This document shows, one piece after another, positions 50,201 through 61,961 of a stretch of 64,000 bases of DNA. How positions within the stretch are numbered: position 1 is the stretch's first letter; each line of letters begins with the position of its first letter. A program made the position numbers and the translations under genes. Below the pieces are notes generated by a model. That model was not told where the DNA came from. It saw nothing but the letters and a program-made list of their open reading frames with translations, and searched no databases. The stretch is from Spirochaetales bacterium (GTDB taxonomy: Bacteria > Spirochaetota > Spirochaetia > Treponematales > UBA12059). The stretch is taken from the NCBI GenBank assembly GCA_016926955.1, contig JAFGNN010000001.1, forward strand, positions 29,968-93,967. Reading direction: 5' to 3'.

Positions 50201-52862
50201 TGCCCCTGGCGTCCACGAGCACGATCTCGGCCACGTGGTCGACGTCGGTCAGCAGCATGCCGCGGGCAGCGTCGCCCTTCGGCAGCTTGAGGCCCACATA
50301 GCGCTCGTAGGGGTCGTAGTCGACCGAGAAGGACTCGGAGGAGTACACGCCCGAGGGCTCGAAGACGCGGGTCAGGAAGGAGGCCCGGAGGCGGCCCGGG
50401 GCGACGCCCTCGGGGGAAAGGTCCGCGCGGAAGCGCGCCTCGCCCTTGGCGTCGAGCCGGCCTTCCCAGATGAGTCGCGGTTCGGACGCGGATACGCGCC
50501 GGGTCGGGTCGTCGAAGACGTAGCCCGAGTAGCTGGTGAACACGGTCGGCTGCGGGGCGAAGGCCACCGCGACGTCGGCCAGGAGCCCGTCGGCCGGGGC
50601 GCCGTGCAGCCAGGCCGACGAGACGCCGAGCTCCTTGACCGCGGGCGAGAGGGCCGCGGCGCCGCCCGTGTCGAGGGTGGCCTTGAGCCGGTTCGGCATG
50701 ATGGACTCGACTTTGAGCACCTTGGTCCAGGAGCGGCCGCCCGCCGTGAAGGTGGCGCGCCAGTCGCCCGTCTGCGCGTCGGGCGCGGTCGAGGCGTCGA
50801 CGCGCCAGAACCCGTCCACCGGGCTCCGCAGGACCTCGGAGCGCACCACGGCGCCGGTCGGCGAGACCAGGTCGAAGGACACGGGGTGGCCCGCGGGCAG
50901 GACCTTGAGCGGGTCGTGGAGTATGAAGACGAGGTGCATCGCGTCGCCGGGGCGCCAGACGCCGCGCTCGCCGTAGATGTAGCCCTTGACGCCCGACGCG
51001 GCCTTCTCGCCGCCGGAGTCGAAATGGCTTGTGGAGAGGGCGGCGCCGGAATCGACCTTCATCCAGGTCGACATGCCGCCGGAGCGGAGCTCGGCGAAGG
51101 CCGGCTTCGAGCCCTCGGGCGGCGCGAGCCGTGCGAAGCCCTTCGCGTCGGTTTTCGCGCGCGCGAGCTCCCGCTGCGCGTAGGACCACAGCACCACCTC
51201 CGCCCCGGCTACCGGCGCCGCGCTCACCAGGTTCGTCGCCGCCGCGCGCCACGATTCGTCCGACTCGCGCCGCATGACAAGGGCCAGGTCGGAGATCAGC
51301 ACGTTGCGGCGGACGGTGATGTCGTGGTCGTAGACGCGGACGTAGTAGGCGGGATGGCAGGGATCGGTGCGGTAGCGGTACGGATCGCCTCCGCCGGCCC
51401 ACTGCTCGGCCCAGTCCCAGAACGAGGACTCACCCTCGCCGTCGAGCTCGGGGATGCGGTCGTCCGGCCAGGGCAGCTTCGAGAAGTCGTGGTCGACCGC
51501 GCAGACGTAACGGCTCTGGTCCTTGCGGAAGCTCACCCGGATCTGGTACATGCCCTTGCCGAAGCGGGCGCCGAGGGCGGCCAGGTCGAGGCCTCGGGCC
51601 ACCCAGCGGTTCTTCATGCCCTCGTTCCAGTCGAGCTCCACCCGGGCGCTCCAGACGCTTTCGCCGACGCGGTGGAGCTCGCGGCCGCCCGCGAGGTCAT
51701 TCACCTGGAGGAACTGGATCATGTTGTCGTCGTAGACGCGGAAGGCCTCCACGATGAGGCCCGAGACGTTCCTCGTCTCGACGGGAAGAACGGTGCCGCC
51801 CGTGGAAGGGATGATGACGCCGGAACCGGCGAAGCGCACCTCGGGCTTGTCCCAGGGCGCGCTCACCGACGCCTGGACCGGGACGGCGATGACGTCGCCG
51901 TCCGCCGAGCGGAGCCCGGGCTCGACGCGGACGGACGCGCCTTCCGGCCACGAGAGCGACGCATACACCTTGAGCAGTCCGCCCTCGCGTTCGAAGCGCA
52001 GGTCGGAGGGTGCGGGACCCGAGCCCGCGGCGAAGCCGGTCGGCACCACGAGGCCGCGGAGGTCCTGGGACGGATCGAGCGGCTTGGAGAAGGCGAGCTC
52101 GAGGCGGCGGTCTGGCTCGAGGGCGAAGCGCGAACCGGTCATGGAGAATTCGCCCGCGGCCGGGAGGCGGACGCGGGTCTCGCCGCGGTCGCGGGCGCCG
52201 AGGCTCCGCCCGTCCCAGGCCACCCGGATTTCCGAAGCCCCGTCGCGCGCCGCGAGTCCCGTGACGACGAAGGCCCGCGAACCGGCTTCGACCTCGCCCC
52301 ATTCGATGGCCGCGTCGCCCGCGCCCTTGAGCGATACGAGGCGCTCGAAGGCGGCCGCGTCAGGCGCGACGTTGGTGGAAACCCGTCCGGCCAGCTCGAG
52401 GCCGCCGGAGGCCGCCGCCCGCAGGGGCTCGAGCTCGACGGAGACCGAGGCCGGAGCGGTGCGGAAGGAGAAGCCGAACGCCGCGCCCGCGATCCCCGCG
52501 CTCCCAGGCTCGAAACGGGCCTTCCAGGAGCCTCCCGAAGGAAGGCCACGCGCCGGCACGAAGGCGATGGTCCGCGAGTCCTCCCAGGCCGCATGTCCCG
52601 CGATGGGCGGGTCGAAGGCGAAGGCGCCCTCCACCGTTCCGCCGGGCGTCGCGCCGGGCGCGTCGGTGGCCAGCACCACCCGCACGCGCGCGTCGACGGC
52701 GACGAGGCCCTCGGTGTGCGCGCTCACCACACGGGCGTCGGGCGCGCCCGCCCCGTCGACCTCCGGGCTGCCGCAGGAGGCGAGCAGCAAGGAAAGAACG
52801 CCGGCCGCAAAAAGCAGCGGCGCGACGAGACGGCGGAAATTCGGTGCGGGGTTGCGGGACAT
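47238..52862 (-). CDS. Bacterial alpha-2-macroglobulin family lipoprotein
   Basis: LLAS-C lipobox; ERGVWRPGD, AVVDEG, YPHGCAEQ thioester motif, DIRDDR, ELMYD. Confidence 0.93.
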   Translation of the reverse strand: MSRNPAPNFRRLVAPLLFAAGVLSLLLASCGSPEVDGAGAPDARVVSAHTEGLVAVDARVRVVLATDAPGATPGGTVEGAFAFDPPIAGHAAWEDSRTIAFVPARGLPSGGSWKARFEPGSAGIAGAAFGFSFRTAPASVSVELEPLRAAASGGLELAGRVSTNVAPDAAAFERLVSLKGAGDAAIEWGEVEAGSRAFVVTGLAARDGASEIRVAWDGRSLGARDRGETRVRLPAAGEFSMTGSRFALEPDRRLELAFSKPLDPSQDLRGLVVPTGFAAGSGPAPSDLRFEREGGLLKVYASLSWPEGASVRVEPGLRSADGDVIAVPVQASVSAPWDKPEVRFAGSGVIIPSTGGTVLPVETRNVSGLIVEAFRVYDDNMIQFLQVNDLAGGRELHRVGESVWSARVELDWNEGMKNRWVARGLDLAALGARFGKGMYQIRVSFRKDQSRYVCAVDHDFSKLPWPDDRIPELDGEGESSFWDWAEQWAGGGDPYRYRTDPCHPAYYVRVYDHDITVRRNVLISDLALVMRRESDESWRAAATNLVSAAPVAGAEVVLWSYAQRELARAKTDAKGFARLAPPEGSKPAFAELRSGGMSTWMKVDSGAALSTSHFDSGGEKAASGVKGYIYGERGVWRPGDAMHLVFILHDPLKVLPAGHPVSFDLVSPTGAVVRSEVLRSPVDGFWRVDASTAPDAQTGDWRATFTAGGRSWTKVLKVESIMPNRLKATLDTGGAAALSPAVKELGVSSAWLHGAPADGLLADVAVAFAPQPTVFTSYSGYVFDDPTRRVSASEPRLIWEGRLDAKGEARFRADLSPEGVAPGRLRASFLTRVFEPSGVYSSESFSVDYDPYERYVGLKLPKGDAARGMLLTDVDHVAEIVLVDARGKPVPKATVEVSLHEIRWRWWWEKGEESLAEYARDSSTRRLLSGKVDIVDGKGRWTFKLKYPEWGRYLVRVEDRSGGHSTGQVVYIDWPGWAGRARDEAGGSAEMLVLATDKASYKVGEEVSVTFPSNAKGRALVAVEKSGRVLREEWIAGGAETTRFRFKLEPGMAPNVYVHVMFVQEYGQTANSLPIRLYGIVPVLVEDPATVLQPVVLAPEKLRPNEKSAFTVKEASGKAMTYTVAVVDEGLLGLTRHRVGDPRAEFYRKEASLLSTFDMYRYVAGAYPGKLETLLAIGGGDGFDGKEGRKPERFPAVVRYYGPFRLAAGASATHELELGSYIGAVRYMVTAGTPAGAYGASERTATVSSELMVFGTAPRFLSVNESAKLPATLFAGSGRAMRVTVRARAEGAVAIDGPSTVTVDAPRDGEYSAAFAVKTGGSVGWGRIVLTAEGGGFRSEHVIELPVRSASTTVTVDRSFKLDGGTTKTEKLDFPGVPGSNSLTVELSRARPVDLTGRLAYLVGYPHGCAEQTTSKAFPQVFLPEAVEMDAERLAQVRENVAAAIETLKGFQTSRGGFSFWPGEGVEHDWLSSYVGHFLVSARRAGWSVPADMETRLLDYLARDAALWNSGEPGSALVQAYRLYVLALAGKPDLASMNRLREGRVLPTQAAWRLAAAWALAGRKDAAASMTRGLLATRTDLEGSGSWGSAFRDDALILDALNALGDSARGKPLFESMADRMASDSWLSTQETAFALIAVLPWIKEAAEGGSSRVRVSFAGGAETTVALEKGVRQLVVPVSAATGGALKVVNEGKGAVWVRAVARGEPEPGKEGATSNGLSLEVAWRDASGTRIEPETLRLGDDATLTARVGNLTFKALSDVALTLRIPAGFEIVNERLADASDSPKPVYRYQDIRDDRSMWYFDLARGESRTFSLRVTRAYDGSFAMPATTVELMYDGSINAVAPGGTVGPVTGSRVAPASSGPVKPASSRPTP

Positions 52863-52989
52863 GGTTTGTCTCCTTTTCGATATGGTGAAGGACGGCCGCG
52901 CGCGGCGCCGGTCCGGGCGCGCGCGGCCCCTTCCATGATAGCGCGCCTCCCGCGGAGACGGGAGGCGCGGATGGCGAAAAACGGAAAGG

Positions 52990-53622
52990 CTAGAGGCTGC
53001 CGGCCAGCGCGAGCACGTCGGCCAGCACGAGCGGGGCCGGCCGGTCGGCGTCGACGCGGACCAGGGTGCCCTTGCGCTCGTAGTAGCCGATGAGGGGCGC
53101 CGTGCGCTCGCGATAAACCTCGATGCGGCTGCGCACCGATTCCTCGCGGTCGTCCACGCGGGTCTCGAGCCTGCCGCCGCAGGCGTCGCAGCGGCCTTCC
53201 TCCTTCGGCGGCATGGAAACCACGTTGAAGGACGCGCCGCAGCGGGGACAGACCCTCCGGCCGGAGAGGCGAGCGACTACGATGGCGTCGTCGATCGCGA
53301 AGTCGATGACGCGGTCCTCGGGCCGGAAGGCGTCGAGGGCCTCGGCCTGCGGGATGGTGCGGGGAAAGCCGTCGAGCATCCAACCACGGGCCGCGTCGGC
53401 TTCGTCGAGGCGCTCGCGCACGAGGTCTACGGTCAGCTCGTCCGGCACCAGCTGCCCCGCGTCGATCAGGTCCTTGACCGCGTGCCCGAGCTCGGTGCCG
53501 TGGCGGATGGCATCGCGGAAGATGTCGCCGGTCGAAATGTGCGGCACGCCGAACGTAAGCGCGGCCTTGACGGAGACGGTACCCTTGCCCGCTCCGGGCG
53601 GTCCCAGGAAAATGAGCTTCAT
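52990..53622 (-). CDS. adk: Adenylate kinase with zinc-binding LID
   Basis: GPPGAGKGT, HISTGDIFR, LDGFPRT, CPRC...CDAC. Confidence 0.95.
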   Translation of the reverse strand: MKLIFLGPPGAGKGTVSVKAALTFGVPHISTGDIFRDAIRHGTELGHAVKDLIDAGQLVPDELTVDLVRERLDEADAARGWMLDGFPRTIPQAEALDAFRPEDRVIDFAIDDAIVVARLSGRRVCPRCGASFNVVSMPPKEEGRCDACGGRLETRVDDREESVRSRIEVYRERTAPLIGYYERKGTLVRVDADRPAPLVLADVLALAGSL

Positions 53623-53745
53623 CGCCTTCCCCCTGATCCGGAGCTTACCCGAGCCTGAGCCCCGGCGCAAAGCCCCGAGCCGCATCGGGAAGGCGCGAGG
53701 CGGCGGAATTCGGCGCATACGCGGCCCCGCGCCGCGGCCCCGCGC

Positions 53746-54669
53746 TCATACGTCGCGGAATTCCTCGGTCGCGGGACGCTGACGCCTGCCGCCGAGCCAG
53801 GGCTTGTCGAGGGAATAGCGGAAGATCACCTCGAGATGCTTGATGACCGCCGCGGTCGGGAAGACGATGGTGAAGGCGCCCTCCTGACGGAAGTCCGTGC
53901 TCGAGGGCAGGCCGATCAGCCGCGGGTCGTAGTCGACGGCGATGCCGCGCTCCCGGATCGCCTCGATGAAGGGCGTCGGGTCCGGCGCGCCGATCCGCGC
54001 GATGGCCCGGACCCGGTAGGAGAAGTTCACCGAATGCGCGGCGGCCTCGGCATTCCACCAGGCCAGGTCGTCGGGAAGGAGGTGCGCGACGAAGGGCAGG
54101 ACGTCCGCGCCGACGACGTGGTCCAGCTCGAGGCTCCGCCCCGCCAGCGCCGCGATCAGGCGCCGCCCGATGACTATGGTGTCCGCGTCCTCGCCCAGGT
54201 CGGCAGGGCAGACAAAGGGCTCGAAGACGCCCCTGAGCTGCTTTGCCATGATGTCGAAGCGGTAGCGGTACTCGGAACGGTCCGGCTTGAGCGGGTTCCG
54301 TGCGCCCTCGGGGACGACGAGCACCTGCGAAATGCCCGTGCCGGGGTAGGCGAGCAGCCTGAGGGCCGCGGCTATATGGGTCATCTGGAACGGGTCGAAG
54401 GAACCGATGTAGAGCCCGAGCCGGACCGGCCCCTCGGGCAGGCAGTCCGGGAACTTCCCCTTCCTCGGAAGCCTGAGCTCCCCGTCGCGGCCGCGCCGCT
54501 CGATGCCCGCGACCGCGTCGAGGAAGACCTCGCGGTAGTGCCTGAACTCGGCCCGCTCGCGCTCGGAAAGCCAGGAGTAGGCGTCGAGCTTGCTGAATAC
54601 CGTCTCGACCTTGCGACGGACCTTCGCGGCGGCCGCCGCCGCGAGTTCCCGCTCCTCGTTTGGCTGCAC
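53746..54669 (-). CDS. NadD-like nucleotidyltransferase-fold protein with atypical HxGH motif
   Basis: LYIGSFDPFQMTH, VVGADV, SSTDFR; GTG start with GGGAGG RBS. Confidence 0.65.
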   Translation of the reverse strand: MQPNEERELAAAAAAKVRRKVETVFSKLDAYSWLSERERAEFRHYREVFLDAVAGIERRGRDGELRLPRKGKFPDCLPEGPVRLGLYIGSFDPFQMTHIAAALRLLAYPGTGISQVLVVPEGARNPLKPDRSEYRYRFDIMAKQLRGVFEPFVCPADLGEDADTIVIGRRLIAALAGRSLELDHVVGADVLPFVAHLLPDDLAWWNAEAAAHSVNFSYRVRAIARIGAPDPTPFIEAIRERGIAVDYDPRLIGLPSSTDFRQEGAFTIVFPTAAVIKHLEVIFRYSLDKPWLGGRRQRPATEEFRDV

Positions 54670-54775
54670 GCGCGGCCCTCCCCTTCCCTTCCCCACTGTA
54701 CGGCCAGTTCGAGCCGGACGCAAGCAGGTCGTTGAGGTTTTGGGCATCGGACCATATTATATCTATATTTTTTGC

Positions 54776-54804
54776 TTGTTTTTTGGCGGAAGGGAATTTA
54801 CACT
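54776..54804 (+). promoter_or_regulatory. Candidate promoter of the hydrogenase operon in an AT-rich island
   Basis: TTGTTT-N17-TACACT preceded by an AT-rich UP-like tract. Confidence 0.4.
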
Positions 54805-54913
54805 GCCACCCGGCGGGCGCGCCCAGGCCTGCTTCTCGATAGCGCAACGGCTCGGCACCATGGCACCGCAACGGCCCCGAGAGGCCACTCTCCCGCCCGC
54901 CGGGGAGCTTTCC

Positions 54914-55485
54914 ATGGACTCACGCGCATCGGTCTTCGACATCGAAGCCGCAGCGGAACGCCTGCGCGGCAAGCCGGGCGCCCTGCTCGGCCTCCTCGAG
55001 GAAATCCAGGACGCAGATCCTGCCCGCTACCTCTCCGAGGAGAACCTCAGGCGAGCCGCGGCGGCGCTCGCCGTTCCCGCCTCGCAGGTCTGGTCGGTGG
55101 CCACCTTCTACGGCTTCTTCAACCTTCAGCCCCAGGGCCGGCACACCATCACGGTCTGCCGCGGCACCGCCTGCCATACGCGCGGCTCGCTGGGCCTGCT
55201 CAAGGACGCGGCCGCCCTGCTCGGCTGCGAGGGCTACGATCCCGATTCCGAGGGCGCCTTCACCACGGCGGACCGCGAGTACACCATCCGCACCGTGGCC
55301 TGTTTCGGGCAGTGCGCGCTCGCGCCGGTGGTCATGATCGACGACGAGATCTACTCGCGCATGACGCCGGGGCGGCTCGTCGCCGTCCTTTCCGGAGCGA
55401 AGAAGCGTGGAGCGAAAAAAGCCGCGCACGTGCCGCGGCGGCGCTACGAGGGCGAGGCCGCGCCGAGCGTGGAAGGAGCCGTGCG

Positions 55486-55489
<4 letters not shown>
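54914..55489 (+). CDS. [FeFe]-hydrogenase gamma subunit (HydC/NuoE-like, 2Fe-2S)
   Basis: VATFY, VCRGTACH, VACFGQCALAP. Confidence 0.92.
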
Positions 55490-58638
<3,149 letters not shown>

Positions 58639-58647
58639 GGAGACACC

Positions 58648-60417
58648 ATGAGCGACACCATCACCCTTTCCGTGGACGGCCGGCCGGTAACCGTCAAGGC
58701 CGGTTCGACGATACTGGACGCCTGCGCCGCCTCCGGCGTGAAGGTCCCGACCCTCTGCCACCTGCCCGATGTCTGCTCCAACGCCTCGTGCGGCGTCTGC
58801 GCCGTCGAGGTGGAAGGCGCCCGCGGCCTCGTGCGCTCCTGCGTTCAGCAGGCCCGCGAGGGCATGAAGGTGACGACGGCATCGGCGCGCGTCCTCGAGT
58901 CGCGCCGCACCGTCGTCGAGCTCCTGCTCGCGAGCCATCCCGAGGACTGCCTTTCCTGCCTCCGGCAGGAAAGCTGCGAGCTTCGGGAGCTAGCCGAACT
59001 CGTCGGCGTCCGGAAGCGCGCCTTTCCGCCGACCCGGGCGCCGAGGAAGCTCGACGCGATCTCCGCGGCCATAGTCCGCGACAACGACAAGTGCATACTC
59101 TGCGGCCGCTGCATCGAGGTCTGCCGCGAAGTGCAGGGCGTCTCCGCCATCGACTACGCGGGCCGCAGCCAAAATAGCCGCGTCGCCGTTTTCGGCGACC
59201 GGAGCCTCGCTGACTCGGTGTGCGTGTCCTGCGGGCAATGCACCGTGGTCTGCCCGACAGGCGCGCTGACCGAGCGCGACGAGACGGACGAGGTGCTCGC
59301 CCTGCTCCGCGACCCGGACAAGGTCGTGGTAGTCCAGACGGCCCCCGCCATCCGGGCCAGCCTCGGCGAGGCGCTCGGCATGGACCCGGGCGCCCTCGTC
59401 ACCGGCAGGATGGCCGCGGCCCTGCGCCGCCTCGGCTTCGCGCGCGTCTTCGACACCCAGTTCGCCGCGGACCTGACCATCATGGAGGAAGGCAACGAGC
59501 TTCTGGCCCGCATGGCCGGGAAAGCGAAGGGCAAGCTTCCCATGCTGACCTCCTGCTCGCCCGGCTGGATCAGCTTCATCGAGACCTTCTATCCGGAGCT
59601 CTTGCCGCACGTCTCGAGCTGCAAGAGCCCCCAGCAGATGTTCGGCGCCATCGCCAAGTCGTGGTGGGCGGAAAAGGAAGGCATAGCCCCGGAAAAACTC
59701 GTCGTCGTGTCGATCATGCCCTGCACCGCAAAGAAGGCCGAGGCCAAGCGCCCCGAAATGCGAGACGCCTGGCTGTGGTGGAAGGGAAAGGGTCGGGCGT
59801 CCGAGCCCTACCAGGACGTCGACTATGCCCTGACGACCCGCGAGCTCGCGCGCATGATACGCCGCGTCGGCCTCGACTTCGGGCGGCTGCCCGAAGAGTC
59901 CTTCGACGACCCGCTCGGCGCCTCGACCGGGGCGGCGACCATCTTCGCGGCTACGGGCGGCGTCATGGAAGCCGCGGTGCGCACCGCCTACGAACTCGTC
60001 ACCGGCGAGGCCTTGCCGGGCATCGAGCTCAAGGCCGTGCGCGGCTTCGAGGGTGTCAAGAGCGCCACGCTCGCGCTGGCCGGCAAGGAGCTCACCGTCG
60101 GCGTCGCGCACACCCTCAAGAACGCGCGCGCCGTGCTCGACGGCATCGCCGCCGGAACGAGCCCCTACGCGTTCGTCGAGATCATGACCTGTCCCGGCGG
60201 CTGCGTCGGCGGAGGCGGACAGCCGGTCCTGCCCGACTGGGAGAAGCGCAGGCTGCGCACCGAGGCCATCTACCACGAGGACCGGAAGCTGCAGTTCCGG
60301 AAGTCGCACCAGAACCCCGCGGTCGCGACGCTTTACAAGGAATTCCTCGGCCAGCCCCTCGGCCACCTGAGCCACGAACTCCTGCACACCGAGTACAAGC
60401 GGAAGGAAGTCCGCTAA
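58648..60417 (+). CDS. hydA: Group A [FeFe]-hydrogenase catalytic subunit (M3 type)
   Basis: 2Fe-2S, His-ligated 4Fe-4S and 2x4Fe-4S motifs; H-cluster motifs TSCSPGW, MPCTAKKAE, EIMTCPGGCVGGGGQP. Confidence 0.95.
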   Translation: MSDTITLSVDGRPVTVKAGSTILDACAASGVKVPTLCHLPDVCSNASCGVCAVEVEGARGLVRSCVQQAREGMKVTTASARVLESRRTVVELLLASHPEDCLSCLRQESCELRELAELVGVRKRAFPPTRAPRKLDAISAAIVRDNDKCILCGRCIEVCREVQGVSAIDYAGRSQNSRVAVFGDRSLADSVCVSCGQCTVVCPTGALTERDETDEVLALLRDPDKVVVVQTAPAIRASLGEALGMDPGALVTGRMAAALRRLGFARVFDTQFAADLTIMEEGNELLARMAGKAKGKLPMLTSCSPGWISFIETFYPELLPHVSSCKSPQQMFGAIAKSWWAEKEGIAPEKLVVVSIMPCTAKKAEAKRPEMRDAWLWWKGKGRASEPYQDVDYALTTRELARMIRRVGLDFGRLPEESFDDPLGASTGAATIFAATGGVMEAAVRTAYELVTGEALPGIELKAVRGFEGVKSATLALAGKELTVGVAHTLKNARAVLDGIAAGTSPYAFVEIMTCPGGCVGGGGQPVLPDWEKRRLRTEAIYHEDRKLQFRKSHQNPAVATLYKEFLGQPLGHLSHELLHTEYKRKEVR

Positions 60418-60576
60418 CCGGGGGCGGGGATGAGGGGGTCCGGGGCGGGAAGGGGCGCAGCGACTACCGTCGCGAAGTCCCTTTCCCCCCGGAGGGCTTC
60501 CCCCGGACGGCGCCCCTCGATCTGCGTTTTTCGACGCCGGATGGACAACGCGCGGCGCGACGGGGTATAAACGCGC

Positions 60577-61266
60577 GTGGACATCGACGCCATCGGATTC
60601 GACATCGACGGTACCCTCTACTCGGACCGCGTGCTGTTCTGGCGCCTCGCGACCTTCGCCGTCGCCAGGCTCCGCCTGCTGGCCACCTTCCGCTCCGTGC
60701 GCCACGAGCTCCGCGAGCTGCAGGAAACGCGCGAATACCGCGCCGAGCCGCCCGGCTCCATCGAGGAATTCCACCGCTTCCAGGCCGCCCTGGTCGCGCG
60801 GAAGCTCCGCTGGAACGAGGGAAAGGCCGCGCGCGTCGTGGAAGCGCACATGTACGGCACGGTCTACCGCGCCTTCAGGGGGCTCCCGACCTTCCCCGGC
60901 GTTGCCGAAGCCCTTGGTCGGCTCAAGGCCGCCGGCTTGAGGCTCGGCGCGCTCTCCGACCTGCCCGTCGGCGACAAGCTCGCCGAGCTCGGCGTGGACA
61001 GATACTTCGAGACCTCGTGCACCAGCGAGGAGACCGGCTTCCTCAAGCCGGCTCGCGAACCCTTCGAGCTGCTCGCGAGGCGCCTCGGCGTCGAGCCCGG
61101 CCGCATGCTCTACGTGGGCAACTCGATCCGCTACGACGTGAAGGGCGCGAAGGCGGCCGGCATGAAGACCGCGCTGATCGCGCCTTCGGGCGCGCGCGGG
61201 ACGCACGGCGCGGACATATGCGCGCGCTCGTATGCCGCGCTCGTCGACGCGATACTCCAGAAATAA
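60577..61266 (+). CDS. HAD family hydrolase (subfamily IA)
   Basis: FDIDGTLY, LSD, LKP, YVGNSIRYDVKGA. Confidence 0.88.
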   Translation: MDIDAIGFDIDGTLYSDRVLFWRLATFAVARLRLLATFRSVRHELRELQETREYRAEPPGSIEEFHRFQAALVARKLRWNEGKAARVVEAHMYGTVYRAFRGLPTFPGVAEALGRLKAAGLRLGALSDLPVGDKLAELGVDRYFETSCTSEETGFLKPAREPFELLARRLGVEPGRMLYVGNSIRYDVKGAKAAGMKTALIAPSGARGTHGADICARSYAALVDAILQK

Positions 61267-61321
61267 GCGGCTTTCCGGAAAAGCGGCGAAGAGCGTCATT
61301 CGGACCATCCCGGGCAGGGCC

Positions 61322-61378
61322 TGACGAAGGAATGCTCACCCCACTCACTATCGTTCGGGGGCGCGCATTCCTTCGTCA
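61322..61378. repeat. REP-like stem-loop A
   Basis: TGACGAAGGAATGC / GCATTCCTTCGTCA perfect 14-bp IR enclosing CCCC-ACTCACTATCGTTC-GGGG. Confidence 0.7.
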
Positions 61379-61413
61379 CCCGCCGTCCGGCCAGGTTCCG
61401 CACGGCGCTTCGC

Positions 61414-61547
61414 CGGGTTTGCGCAAGCACGCCGCTTCTCCGTGAAGGTCGCGGCGGGGGGTGCGGCGAAGGGCGCTTTGGGGCGGGGGTGGTGGCGCCA
61501 GACGGGTTTGCGCAAGCACGCCGCTTCTCCGTGGAGGTCGCGACGGG
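61414..61547. repeat. Two 45-bp direct repeats (89-bp period)
   Basis: CGGGTTTGCGCAAGCACGCCGCTTCTCCGTG(A/G)AGGTCGCG(G/A)CGGG at 61414 and 61503. Confidence 0.8.
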
Positions 61548-61961
61548 CGTCGTTTCTTCCGACAGCATCTTGACGGCGGGGCGAAGACGTGCTTCTCCCG
61601 GAACCGCCAAAACGGACCCGCCCGACGAATTTTCCCGGCATCCACGAGCGCTTGAATCAATACCCCGCGCATGCACGCGCGGTTGCGCCAAAATTCCGCC
61701 TAACGGATGTGGTGTCGCTCAACGCGCATCTGTCGCCAGAGACGCATTTTCATACACGGATGTGTGCCTACTATCGATATTTTTCGATCCGAAACCGTTT
61801 TTCCTTCGATATTTTTCCCCCGGACGGGACTAGCATCGCGACGGAACCGGAGTTTCCGTCGGATCCGACGGTTCCCGGACGGAGTCGGCGAGCCCCTTCC
61901 CGCCTCCGTCCGCGACGCGCGGCAATGCTCCGCGCCAGTCCACAGTACCGGAGGATGACAG

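Noticed and set aside
59545-59570. TSCSPGW instead of TSCCPxW as an inactive H-cluster
   Set aside because: This variant is common in active multimeric group A enzymes; the other two motifs are intact
61414-61547. CRISPR array
   Set aside because: Only two 45-bp units, low-complexity G-rich spacer, no cas genes
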